Assembly: GCF_964204865.1 (NCBI RefSeq)
Contig: NC_135263.1
Location: 11,470,001-11,534,000, forward strand
DNA: 64,000 bases
From: Styela clava
Lineage: Eukaryota
Direction: 5' to 3'
Below the pieces are notes generated by a model, which worked only from the letters and a program-made list of their open reading frames with translations, was not told the DNA's origin and did no database searches. A program made the translations under genes and the position numbers. Shown piece after piece: positions 12,337 through 25,378 of this stretch (positions are counted from its first letter, which is position 1; each line of letters begins with the position of its first letter).

Positions 12337-12975
12337 TTAAAACTCGTCGTGCTTGTTGCCGCTAAATTCCCATATTGAGATAAATCCATCTTTGTTGAAA
12401 TCTTCCAGTTCGAAAATATCGTTCGTAAGTTTCATCTCTTCCGCTGACGACATTGTGTGGCCTTTAGCCTTCTCTACCTCCATGCGCAAGTAGTGAACAA
12501 ATTCAAACTTTGAAAGATGTTTGTCGGCATCCAAATCCATTTCTTTGAATACATCGGGATGACGAGGTCCCTGCTCTGCGTGGACTAATTCAACTTCGAA
12601 AATTATGGTGCCACCAGGCATTTGGGGCACGCTGCCTCCATCCACGCCATATGCCATATTAGGAGGCACTGTTAGCCTTCGTTTCTCTCCAGGACACATG
12701 TCAATAAGACCTTCTTCGAAGCCTTCAATAACTTCGCCAATTCCTAACTGAAATCTGAACGGCTTATCGGGGTGGCTTTTGTCGAAAAGTTCACCAGTGT
12801 CAAACTTTGTTCCATTGAAGTGAACGAAAACTTGGTCGCCATATTTGCTAAGCCTTTCGCATTGATCCGGCTTTTGTAATACTTCAACCTTAAACTGAAG
12901 AGATCCACAAGTAACGCCTACATACAAAGTTAGCACACAAGTTAAAATCCAAACTGGTGTATTACCCATATCCAT
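12337..12975 (-). CDS. FKBP14: ER peptidyl-prolyl isomerase, FKBP14/FKBP7-like, intronless, 212 aa
   Basis: Signal peptide, FKBP domain (VIEGFEEGLIDMCPGEKRRLTVPPNMAYG), two EF-hand-like loops (DLDADKHLSKFE and DFNKDGFISIWE) and a C-terminal HDEF ER-retrieval signal. Confidence 0.93.
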   Translation of the reverse strand: MDMGNTPVWILTCVLTLYVGVTCGSLQFKVEVLQKPDQCERLSKYGDQVFVHFNGTKFDTGELFDKSHPDKPFRFQLGIGEVIEGFEEGLIDMCPGEKRRLTVPPNMAYGVDGGSVPQMPGGTIIFEVELVHAEQGPRHPDVFKEMDLDADKHLSKFEFVHYLRMEVEKAKGHTMSSAEEMKLTNDIFELEDFNKDGFISIWEFSGNKHDEF

Positions 12976-13317
12976 CTCACAAAGGCACCCTCATTCACTT
13001 ATTGCCGACAGCAGCGATTCGCAGACAGATGACGTGAAACTAGGGCAACAACGCAAAAGCGTTGAAGTGCGAAATGAGTTTCTTTTTTCTGTCTGGCGGA
13101 TTTAATGTTTTTGCTCTCGCCCGCAGAGCGTGTGACCCAAAAATCTCGCTTGGGAATCGCACAAACACGATCGATTTGAACCAAATGATCAACATAGGCT
13201 TGTTTAGCAAGCGTCGCATAGGTTCAATCGCCGTCAACCACTGCACTGTGTAATATGTAAAAACTAAAGTATATACATAGTATAACAATCATTGTCGGCG
13301 TTTATCGAGTTAATGGG

Positions 13318-13413
13318 ATTGATTTATATTTGATTCAAACTGGTTGTGCGTATAATTAAACAATAATTGATTTATATTTGATTCAAACTGGTTGTGCGTA
13401 TAATTAAACAATA
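13318..13413. repeat. Exact 48-bp tandem duplication upstream of the FKBP gene
   Basis: ATTGATTTATATTTGATTCAAACTGGTTGTGCGTATAATTAAACAATA occurs twice in tandem. Confidence 0.9.
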
Positions 13414-16220
13414 ATGTTTAATCTATTTCACGACTCGATATTCTAGGTCAGTTTCGTTTTCGTAGCACATAGAACTCATAGGGAAGTGGCACATTGAAAT
13501 TTATTTTGAATGTGTTTTGAATACATGGCATGCGTCGGCGGTTAATGTTATTCTACTCAAAGTACTTACAATAAAAATATTTCTGAATGTAGGCGGAAAC
13601 CGAAACAGTTGTTGGAAACTCTAGAATTGCTTCAGCCCACTCCAAATACTCATTTTAAAACTGCAAAATTCGTAAACTTCATCAAATATTATGGCATATA
13701 CCATTATGTTGTTTCATTCAAGTTCTGTGTAACAATGGTTACTTAATAAATGGTTACTTAAATAAATTGGCGAGTATGGATCGCGAGGGGGTTAAAGTTT
13801 GGAGTTTGAACACATTCAATTGCGAACAACAGTAAACATGAGTATCGATTACACCGTCTTCAATTGAAGTGTCTTCATAGTATTTTTCACGTACAGAAAA
13901 TAAATGAAGACAATCTCTATAATATCACATATATATATACATTTCACAATTTGTTTCGCATTTTTAACAATTGCGAGTGAGAAAAATGTATTTGTATTTT
14001 TTGTCTTTGATTTGTTTCCCATTGCATAATATCTTAGTTTCGACAATACTTTGACATGTGTTTAATTCTTTTTATGAATGTTTGATCAAAACGGCATAGC
14101 GATGGCTCATCAATGAATCGAGCCAAATTAACTTCTCAAGAGTTAAGTTGCAAGTGACCACTATTATTCCATTATCCGTATTCGATTAAATGAACATAAT
14201 TTTATGTGCATGCAATAATTATACCTCTTTAAATGTTTTCTTTAATTTTATTCCTCGCTAACTGGCTTCACTGGCGTCATAACGTACGCAGTTTTCAAAA
14301 TGGACAATACCATTTCGATATTAACTACATGGTGTTTTCTAGTATGTTTTAAATATGCATTTCTCTAAACCCTCAAAACAAATACACCACGCATATATAT
14401 ATATATATAATTCTCGTGTGGATATTGTTCTGAGTCTGTATTGCAAGATATCAAATGTGGGATGTTTTGTGATATTCAAAAATCAATACACATCTTGTAA
14501 GATAGTTTAGGCACTGGGATTCCCGTACTGAGATGACCAATTTTATGTGTATCAGAAGTCAGTATATGTATTATTGAAATTTATTTCGAATCAAATACAA
14601 AGTGATTTATTTTTTACTCTTCCTAACATATAAGTTAAAACAGCAAAAAAATATGTATTAAGCTATTATAATAAAAAAAAAATAATAAAAAAAATGAGGG
14701 CGTGTTTCTGATTGAGCTTTTAAATCCAGGAATAACTATTTGTGCTGATTATTTGATTTCTGCGAGACTAACTACTTATCCTTCTTCTATGTTTTTGTGC
14801 CGGTGGATCCGTATGCATATACTGCAAGGATGCTGTAGCATGAGAGTATAGTAAAGATAACTATCCTAAGTGATTCAGGAGTCTTGCTGCTCACTAACAC
14901 AAATATATTTCTGTAACGTTTCGTCTGACCAAGGCCAGACTTCTCCAGACATACATAATGGAACTCACAAGGAAGTGACACATTAAAATTTATTCTGAAT
15001 GAGTTTCGAATACATGACATGCGTCGGCGGTTAAAGTTATTCTACTCAAATTACTTTACAACATATTTCTGAACGTAGGCGAAAACCAAAACGATTTTCA
15101 GATCTTCTAGAATTGCTTCAGCCCACTCCAAATACTCATTTTAAAACTGCAATATTCGTGAAATTCATCAAATTTTATGACAAATAGCCATATATATGTT
15201 GTTTTATTCAAGTTCTGTGTAACGATGGTTACTTCGGAAATTAGAAGTAATTAAGTTGGCGAGTATGGATCGCGAGAGAGTTTGGAGGTCGAACACATTC
15301 AATTACGAAGAACAGTTAACATGAGTATCGATTCAATTGAAGTCTCACTACAGTATTTTTCACGTACAGAAAATAAATGAAGACAATCACATATATACAT
15401 TTCACACTTTGCGTTGCATTTTTGACAATTGTGATTCCGACATATATATATTTGTATTAAGTTGCAAGTGACCACTAATAGTAATGAGGTTCGAACAGAT
15501 TTTCATGTACTAACTAGAGCTAGTGAGAACGTGCATAACTCATGAAGTCCCAAACATTTGAGATATAAAACGGAAAATTGAAAAACTTTGTACATTAAAA
15601 AGTTTTTCGTGGATTTCCCGATCATGAGAAATTGTACATTGTGCTTTCATATATATAACTTCGAGAAATCAAAATACGCATTCTTATGAAAACATGATTC
15701 ATCAGTAAAATATCTGTATGTCCAAAATCCAAACAACACAGCCAGGTCCAAAAGATTGAATAAAACTGTAGCGAGTACCGCCACTGGTTATACCCAGCTA
15801 AAATAACTTTAATAATAATGGGGAGAAGAAGAACATGTTGACCAAGGAACAATCTATCCTAACATATTTTCATTTTTGTGGAATGTAACGGTTAGAATTA
15901 ACTTCTGAGCGAGCAGATAAATAGTCTTGTTTAAGATAAAGAACGGTTGAGAATATGTTTTAGAAATCGTATTTTTTTTTTATATTGTTGCTCTTAAATT
16001 CGATAAATTGTGCGCTGGAAATTTCATTTTTATGGAGAGGGTAATTGAGCTGTTGGCAATTCGATTTGGGTATCTTCTTTGGGCATGAAATAGTTAATCA
16101 ATACGGTTAGTAGTTTAGAATTTGTGTACAGATGTCTTATGTTTGGGATGGGCGAAAATGCGCAAAAAAAAGGTGGACTCGAGCCTGTTTTCAGATTTTG
16201 CTAATTGCTATGATCTGGCC

Positions 16221-16490
16221 CAGTGATTTTCAACCTTTTTTTGAACTGCGCAACACTTTATCATAATCTTTTGCAGAACTCTCACAGTTGATTCTAATTA
16301 TCAAGCAACAGATTCGTGAAATGCGTGATATTTGATTCTTAATTTTTTTTTTTATATCATAAAATATGCTAATCAGAAAAAAGTGAAACATCATTCTGTG
16401 GAGGAACACCCGAAACAGCGAAAGGCTTTCGTCACTTCGTGGAACCGTAGTAGTATATATTTACGGTGGAACACTAGTAGAGAACCACTC
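16221..16490. mobile_element. hAT-type MITE
   Basis: Ends are CAGTGATTTTCAAC ... GTAGAGAACCACTC. The 8-bp TSD is ATCTGGCC/ATCTAGCC. Confidence 0.75.
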
Positions 16491-16498
16491 ATCTAGCC

Positions 16499-16560
16499 CA
16501 GTGGTTCCCAACCCCCGGTCCGCGGAGCTTTTTTGCCGGTCCGCGAGAAATTTTGTTGTT
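16499..16560. mobile_element. Truncated hAT-type MITE end
   Basis: CAGTGGTTCCCAACCCCCGGTCCGCGG terminus directly after the TSD of the preceding MITE. Confidence 0.6.
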
Positions 16561-16599
16561 TTGTTGTGTTTATGCCGTCTCAATCGCTTTACCGAATAC

Positions 16600-16770
16600 G
16601 AGGTTACGTTGGTTTATTATGTAACTTCGCTTCCGCTCTCATATTGCGGCATCTTGAAGACGTCTTGGCGTCGAGTAATCACACTTTTCGCTTTTTCGGC
16701 TCCGATTCGTCGCGAAAGCGCTTCATCAAATATCGCGAGAGAAACCTAGAAGTCGGCACGCGTGCTTTTT
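16600..16770 (+). promoter_or_regulatory. Probable CpG-rich promoter/5' region of XPNPEP3
   Basis: Local CpG enrichment with CTTCCG, a YY1-like GCGGCATCTT and TCGCGA(GA) motifs about 200-350 bp upstream of the ATG. Confidence 0.45.
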
Positions 16771-16956
16771 CTGTTCTGCATGTCTTTCCTTATTAATATG
16801 ACAGTCCATACTAAACGTTATGCATATTTCTTTGTTTAAAACTAGAAAACATTATAATATTTCAGAAATTTTTTGCTGGTGCCAGGTGATAGTTACTAAC
16901 TGTGATAATTCATATAAAAAAAGTTCTTAAATGTACAATACCTGTCATACTACACT

Positions 16957-19900
16957 ATGAAAATGAAACACTTTCTAAACATCTGCGGCCATGGAGTGAA
17001 GACATTCGCAACAGTTGCAAATCAGCAATCGGTTCAAAGATGTCTTGGGCAGCCGACAGCATACAGTCATCCTTTCTTGATGAAAACGGGTATGACGACT
17101 ATGTTTTTTTGTTGTGACATTTCTGGGTATTTTTCCTGTTGGTGAATGAATTTTATTTTGCATGACAGATGAAGTTACTCCAGGATTGACAAAAGAAAAC
17201 TATAGAACTCGAAGACACAATCTTATTGAATTAATATGCAATGAAAAAGTTACCACACCTCAACAAGATAAAGTAAGGTCTAACTATTGCCTACATAAGG
17301 AAAATCATACCTGAACTGTAATAAAATAGTTGATATAGTCTGTCAGTCAGTAGTTTATTTTCACCAAAATGAACATACACTAGATGCAAACAAACACTAG
17401 AAAAAAAACATGAAAATGGCATTTTATGGTGAAGGGTGACGCGAAAAAACATTGTTGGTTATCGAGTAGCGACACTTGTGATAAAATTCTAACTCTGATA
17501 CAGGTAGAATAGAAAGAAGTTGAACAAATATGTGTAATTAAAAAAATGAATATACTTATATGCAAATACAATAAACATTTTTGTCTTGGACCTACCATCC
17601 TGCAAGGCAGAAAAATTGTGCATTTAATATAAAGTCGAAATACAGAAATATGCAAATTGTTACTAGAAATCCTCTAAAAACGGACATTTTTGAATGACCC
17701 AAATGTATGAATCATAACTTTTATAATAGCTGCCTCACTCCACGCCTCTCTTCAATCTATTTACGTTCCTTGTGTCTTGATGTGTATTGACTGTTGTTGT
17801 TATTTCAGATTTCCAACAAACATATTATAGTTGTTCTGGGTAATCCAGTCAATTATATGAGTCAAGATATACCATACCAGTTCCATCAGAACACAAACTT
17901 CTCTTACCTCACAGGATTCCAGGTATTCAACTTGTGTCTCCTCTCGTTGCATGTAATCTGTTGTGCATATTTTTTGTTGATTTAATAACCAGCAACGTTA
18001 TTTTTATATATATGGAACATCATAAAAAATCATAATAGAATTTATGCGAATTTTTATTCTTAAAAGCACCTTGTTGCCTGAATTCGAAAGAGTGATTGGC
18101 CTAAAACTAGCATCAGGATTACAAAATCTTTCCCGTTGAGGAACTGTGGCTTTACTTAGTTTATTTCATGTATATTTTTCCTGACTAGATTTGTTCATGA
18201 ACTTTTTGTTATTTCTCAATGCTAGCAGCCAGTTCTCATCCACACACACTGTAGAACATCTGACTTTTCATGCTAAAAGGTTTTTTTCCAAGAGCGTTCA
18301 CTATGGGAAATTCACTTCATTTAAGCTATTTCCTTGACAGTGTTGACTTGATCTGTTACAAATTTTGTGTCATCTGCTGGTATAGCTATTAGTGACTCCT
18401 CTATTACTACTATATTTCTTTTAATTGAGGACCCCGGACTTTGCTTGAACAAAACTTATATATGCCAATTGTTGCTTGCTAGTGGCCAAAATGATAGAGG
18501 ATTATTAACATCAGTTCATCCATTTTTTAAACTGAATTATGACCTCCCAATTCAGTTTGGCAGCTGCTTTGACCGAATATCTATTTTTAAGGAACCAGAT
18601 AGCTGTTTAGTTATGGAATCAATGCCCGGATGTGAATATCCAAATCATAAGTCTACTTTATTTGTTCAAAAACGTGACCCAGTAAAAGAACTTTGGAATG
18701 GAATAAGAGCAGGAACCGATGGAGCACTCGAACATACAGGTGCATAAATGATCTGCCAAGGATTTTATTTCGATTCATTGCACCATTCAATACAACGACT
18801 TTGAAGGCTGATATTTGTGATATACCAATATTTCAGACTGTGAAAACAGTAGAACTAACTGAAGTGCCACAATACTGAAAAACAATGGGATTATACTTTA
18901 GCTCTCCTGAAATCTCAAATTATATTCTTTACTTCTGCAATAAATGATAAGTACATGAGTTATCACAATCACTCGAATGCAATAAATTTAGCCCCTCAAG
19001 AAAAGGATTGCACTCAAATTTTCAAATTTTTTTACTTACAATATATTTTGAAATAGAATGAGCTTTGCATAATATAAATCAGGGTGGTCCAAGGTTGTCG
19101 GATCCGGGGGCCACAAAATTATTTTTACATTGTTCGCGGGCCACAATAGTGCCAAGAATAGGTGAACAGTGCAAAAAAAACACCCGGCATGAATTATATT
19201 GTTAGGCCATTACATTAATTAATATTTAGTTATCAGGCATAGCCAACTTAGGCTAATAGAATTCGCATTAGGTTTTTAGTTTTCCATGATGCCAAAATTG
19301 TTAGCAAATATTCCCGACCAAAACGATATAAAGCCAGATAACAATTTAGACTACCAAGCACATTATTCAACTTCGCTAGTTGCCTCAGCAAGCCATAACA
19401 CTAGTCAATTCAGTGACATTAGTGATGTTACAAAATGTTATAAGTTTTTTTCGTTTTAATTTTATAACGAAACAACACGAAATGCGATTTTTCGATATTT
19501 TCACTTTGAATGCAATGCAGGCCACAGATAATGAGGTGGCGGGCCATGGTTTGGACCACCCTGATATAAATGATTCCTCATCATCTCTATGCTGTTTGAC
19601 AAAGTATCTATTTTAATTGCTAGGTGTTGATTACACAGAAGAAATAGAAAGCCTTGGACAGTTTTTGACTAATCATATCTCTGAACAAAATACAATTTGG
19701 TTTGATTTTCATAGGATGACAAATTTACAACTGCATTTGAATCATGTAAGGTACAACATTATAGACTTGTTATATTGAATAATCGTTATTTTTTACAACT
19801 TGCCATGACAAGTATGAATTCAATGGAATTGTTTATTCTTATATGTGCTCTTAATAATTCTATTCACAAGCATATACGCAAATGTACTCGGACACATAAA

Positions 19901-22900
19901 CTAAGCTACGAATTTAAACTGGTTATGAAAAACCATCATCTTTTTCTTTATCCAAAATTTAGCACTATATATGGGCCACAGTTGAATGTTAGTTCTTTAA
20001 TCTGGTCACAGGTCGACCATAGCACCGATTCAATCATTTGGTTAAATTTTGCTTTCATAATTTTCTTTTTTCATTATCAGCATTTTATGTTTTAGGGGTT
20101 TCTTGCAAACAGCACACAAAAAAGGTATCCAAATTCGCCAAGTTGAAGCTCCCATACACGAGCAGAGGAATATCAAATCTTCGGAAGAACGTACATTAAT
20201 GTTGAAATCTTGTGATGTTATTTCAGAAGTATGTACTTGGATTATGGTTCTGGTGCTGAGATTCTTAACAAATTATAATGTTATATATCAGGTTTCCATT
20301 TTATGCAGTTCTTTTGCAGTTTTTTATTACAAAAAAAATCTACAAATAATTGGTTGTCCGAAGCCTTGTTCTGAACAAAATGTGAAACATCTAGTATAAG
20401 AATGATATTTGATTATAAATTTGAACCGCAACCAAACATTTGGTAATGAAATTTGAAGATTTTGAAACATCAGGTATATAAATTTCTGTGTTGCAAAATA
20501 TGAGGAGATTAATTTCCTATAGTGCCTATTTCAATTTTTTTTAGTGTTATCAGAGAAATAGTCTGGTATCCTAATACGAATGATAATTAAATATATATTC
20601 TGTATGCGTCTTTTTCCATTTGAATTTCCTCAAAAAAATGTACATCACCAATTTCTTGTCTTATCTCTTCTAATTGTACTCTGCATAACAGTTTGTTAAT
20701 ATAGATATACATACGGTTTCAGAATTCCTTTCCAATTTTCAGGCAATCTCCGATACAATGGCTTATTGCAAGCCAGGTATGAATGAAATTGAATTAAATG
20801 CCAGAATAGAGTTTGTTGCCAAGAAGAATGGGGCTCAAATGCTTGCTTTTCCTCCTGTTGTTGCATCTGGAAACAGGGCAAATACCCTACATTATGTTGA
20901 CAATGATCAAATAATTGAGGAGGGTTCATTAGTATTAGTGGATGCAGGTGCTCGTTACCATGGTTATGTTTCAGATGTAACAAGGACATTTCCAATTAAT
21001 GGAAAGTGAGTTTGTGGCATTGATCTTAAATTTTAAGAAGACATTGAACTAGCACTTCGTTTCAAACAATAAACCCCTATTATATGAGGGGTAGCTTTGA
21101 GTTTAATAAAACCAGACTTTGAGAAAAATTTAGGAAATCTTGTACCATTGGGATTATGTCCAATAAAAATAATAATCATTATGGGTTGATAATGAGGTCT
21201 CTTCAAATGAGCATTGTATCAATTTTTAGTACCCAGTTGTAAATGTAATAAGAGCTTTAACCACTTAAAAGCAACAAAGCATGTTATATGCGTAGAAACC
21301 AGGTCCACCCAATTCATTCCCTTATATGATTACTATATACAAGATTATCATGCAAGCATTTTGCAAAAGGAAGCTTGGTATTCCCACCCTGCTCAAGAAT
21401 TGCTTGTCTTTGTTTCATTGCTTAATCCAGGTGTACGTATTCATAATTTGGTATTATTTAGGTTTGGCTATTTATTCATTGATATTTTCCATCCATTTAA
21501 ATTTTAACAGCATGTGAGCTTACAGCGTACATGGGCTTTTTACTTAGTTTTAAATGTATTTTTTAGTTGTAAATCGAATTGTTCATATATGTATATTCTA
21601 AATATTATATGTTACTTGCTATAGATTTACAGAAGTACAGAGAACATTATATGAAGCAGTACTCAGGGTACAAGAAATATGTATAAGATTATGTACTATT
21701 GGTCAATCAATTGATGACATTTATAATGTTATGACAATGACTCTCGGGAAGGAATTATACGATACTGGAGTCTTTAAAGAAAAATTGAAACCTACCGAAC
21801 TAATGCAGGTACGTTTCGTAAACATTATTTGGATTTGTCATCTTTTCAATCATTGTCTTTATATGGAACGTTCTGATTATGTGATTGTGATTTGGGAAAT
21901 ATTTTCATGATTCCGTTAGATTATTACAAGTTAATAAAATTTTATCACTTATTTTTTGACCATACTACACTTTACAAAATCGTTCTCAATCAATTTTTGA
22001 CATAATTCAAGTTCAAAGAGAGATGTTTTCAAGAGTGATACTATTGTTATTTTTCTTTTCTTGAGATTTTTTTTTCTATATTTATGAGGTAAATTTGTCA
22101 TTTTGCTTTTAAATATTTAGATATTCTAAATCAAACTAAATCTCGAAATAGATTTCTAGGATATGGACTTTGGAGTTTTGTTTTGAATATATTAATAATC
22201 TTCTTTTTTATACATTCTTCAGCATGTAAGAGAATTATGTCCTCACCATGTTGGTCACTGGTTAGGTATGGATGTTCATGATACACCGGATATTAATAGA
22301 TCAATGAAATTCTTACCAGGGATGGTGATTACCATTGAACCAGGTATTTTATTCAAAGATAAATTTATTGGTTTGTTGGACTAGCATGTATGTAAACACT
22401 GCTCTTTCTATCTGTCTTTATGTTCATGGAGTCGTATGCATTGACAGCAAGTACACTTTCCGAACATTCGAAACTGTTATATCAAGTAGTTTAAACTGCT
22501 TGTGTAAGTCTGACCTTGTCAGTCAGGCTAGATGTTACAGATTATAATTTATTGTTCAAAAATCTGAATTTCATACATTTAATAGTAAAAAGTTCAATTT
22601 AAAATTCTTATATCACAGACAGGTTTCGAGTCCCACTGCCACAAGCTATATTTTGGCTGATCTTTTGTGGTAGTGGACTAGTGGTCACACCCAAAAACTG
22701 ACTATGAAGCCAGAGCTGGAGCCACAAGCCCACAACGATTACGAACCAACCTCCCAGCCCTGGTTGTGATGTCATAAACAAACTTTTCAATAAAATTTGC
22801 TGATTCCTTTTAATAATTGTGTCATGTGAGGAGAATTTAGTTTTGTGTAACAATTATTCTCTCACCAGATTTGAAAACATTACTCATGCAACAGAGACCA

Positions 22901-23186
22901 GTTGGCAAATGATTTACAGATGTAACATCTCTTTTTCATTTAGAATTTGTTCTGTTTTTATAACATGTTAGTTTGCAACATTACCATCTGCTTTGACTGA
23001 TGTTAACATCATCCTTTCACAGGCTTATATATTCGAGAAGACAACGAAAAAGTTGATTCAAAATACAGAGGAATAGGAATTAGAATTGAAGACGATATTT
23101 TAATCACGGAAGGAGAACCAATTGTTTTGTCATCTAAATGTCCAAAATCTGTAGAAGATATTGAACGAATTATGGCTAAAGGTTAA
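16957..23186 (+). CDS. XPNPEP3: Xaa-Pro aminopeptidase 3 (mitochondrial aminopeptidase P / Icp55 ortholog), 10 coding exons
   Basis: Approximate exons: 16957-17089, 17169-17272, 17809-17922, 18592-18739, 19624-19750, 20096-20228, 20743-21005, 21625-21808, 22223-22343, 23023-23186. Motifs include [74 protein letters not shown] and GIRIEDD. Confidence 0.96.
19080..19563. mobile_element. hAT-type MITE in an XPNPEP3 intron
   Basis: TIRs are CAGGGTGGTCCAA ... TTGGACCACCCTG, with a perfect 8-bp TSD ATATAAAT (19072-19079 and 19564-19571). Confidence 0.9.
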
Positions 23187-25378
23187 CTGGATGTGTATGC
23201 CATACTGCTTACTCCTCTCTTTCTGTCTTTGCGTTAGTGGTTCCTCATGTATTGGCTGCAAGAATACTCCAACACTGAAACTACTGTATTGATTGGTTCG
23301 AAAAACAATGCATCAAACTTTGCAAGTGTTGTTCTGTAATATTTTGTCTAACCAAAGACTTCCATAGTAGTTTACAACAATCATCGGCATAAAATTTGTG
23401 AATGTATGATGCAAAGACATTTTCACTTTTACTTGTGAGTTTAGAGTAAACCTACCATTTCGAGTCTGTGATTGCTACATGGCTCATGATTGTGATTAAT
23501 CAGTTGCAAATTGATGTATAGTTGTTTGATACCTTTTTAGGTCCTATTTTGTACTACAATACTTAGGTATCTTGAAACTCTTGTGCATGATCAGTTTGTT
23601 TTCAAAATAATTTATACTTTCCACAAGCTTGGAAATGTGTTTGTTCGATAAATTATTTATCTAGTTATAACCCTTCATTCAGTTTTTATGAGGGGCCGAG
23701 ATTAAACTAGTAAATGGAGTCTGTTATAATGAATTGATTCGTTGTAGTGTTTTGTTGCCAAATTAGCATTGTGGTACCATGCTTTGTCATATTTTTCTTT
23801 GATTTTACCTATCTTTCTGCCTAATTCCAGTGAATTAAAGTCTAATAATTTTGACAAACAGTTGTGGTCTTTCGTTTTTTTCGGCGCAAGTACAGTTGTT
23901 GGGAAAATGCCACGAATTGGGGACTAACCTCCTATAATGGACAAAATTTAAACAACTTACAACATCACGTAGCAACCAGTTAGGGTCGTTTGAAACAGGT
24001 CTGAATAATCCACCTTGAAATATATTGGCCTGCTGTGACATTCGCGAAAAGAGCAGATCGTGATTTGTATTATGTCAAAGACTCGAGAAAATATTTATCT
24101 CTATTGCTAAAACGCAAATTAGATAAACCACATCTTGATGGAGTTACACAAAGAAGTCTTTCAGAAATCCTCCCCCATCGCCGGCGGGTCGTATGTTGAA
24201 TGCCGATGTTCTGTCAATTATTCGCAGCTTGCACGTAAAATTTATGAGCGTCAGGGAAGTTTTGAAGTCGCTTTTTCTCGACTTCCGATTGCAATAAAAA
24301 GGAAAGCTAATCAGTGGTAGGTACCGTATGTTTAATCAATTTTCTGTTGCGGTTTATATAAATTATACATCTTCAATTTTTTTTTCGCAGATTTTGATTT
24401 TTAATAACAAAGGTTTTGTAAATTTCAAAAAATCTGAATGGAGGTTATTGCCGACCATGAAGTGAATTTGTAAAAAGTCAACTCTTTCAACGAGTAGTGC
24501 AATCGCGAGAACTTTTTCAGAAGCCGTTCCGCGAATATCTTGGATCTGTGGAAGCTCCAGACCCATTAGGAATTTTGGCTGTGCTACTGGTACTTAGCCT
24601 GAATGGATAGGGTAGTGGGATCATTTGCACTTAGCGAAGTTGGAGGGGAAAAATACATCTTTTTGAAGTTGGCCATACCTTGTTTGTAAGTACATTAAAC
24701 GTTTGGACTATTCTCCCAATAGACCCCTGACCCTGAGTGTATCATGTTTTAGTTCGTTGCTGAGAAAATAGGCCCACTCATTCCAATATCTGTCAAAATA
24801 GGAGGCTATTGAAAAAGTGGTTGGAGTAGGCTACGGCAATAATAAATCTTTAGCTTTATAGGTAAATACAGTATATAGGAAACACCCAATTGTGCAATAT
24901 AATAATATATTTATAAACATTTCATAAGCATAAAAATCAAAAATATTTTGCACCTTATAAGCACAGATAATTTATTATAAGAATAACACAATGTTTATGA
25001 AATACTCGCATGCTGCAAATAGTTCTCAACACAAAAATATGCATAAAAAATAGCACAAAAAGTAAATCAAAACAGCCTTAGTCATTAGACTCTGGGATTG
25101 CACATGTCACTAGCACGCTGATAATGAGTAGCTAAAGCACAGCAGCACCAGTGTGGAACATTTGTTTTCAGTTCGACTGTATTTACTACCAGTCGACACG
25201 CTATCTGTATGGGACAATGGCACGACAGTTCGGATACGGAATGTAGGATTCCAGTGACAGCGTCTGCCGGTCTGTTAGTAAAGACGCTGTTGATGTACAA
25301 AACAGAGTAGAAAAATTCTTCAATGCCTTTGCTTTGCATAGTGCACCTTATGACTGTATCAATTTATTTGCGAGCTGA

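Larger units (their letters stand above)
11615..15480. repeat. Tandem segmental duplication: unit 1 ~11615-14170, unit 2 ~14171-15480
   Basis: Block 11618-12180 matches 14171-14730, and block 13472-14165 matches 14961-15478, with substitutions and indels. Confidence 0.9.

Noticed and set aside
23800-24850. Possible ncRNA or promoter between convergent 3' ends (TCGCGA motifs, GC-richer patches)
   Set aside because: No recognisable snRNA, RNase P/MRP, tRNA or telomerase-template signature.
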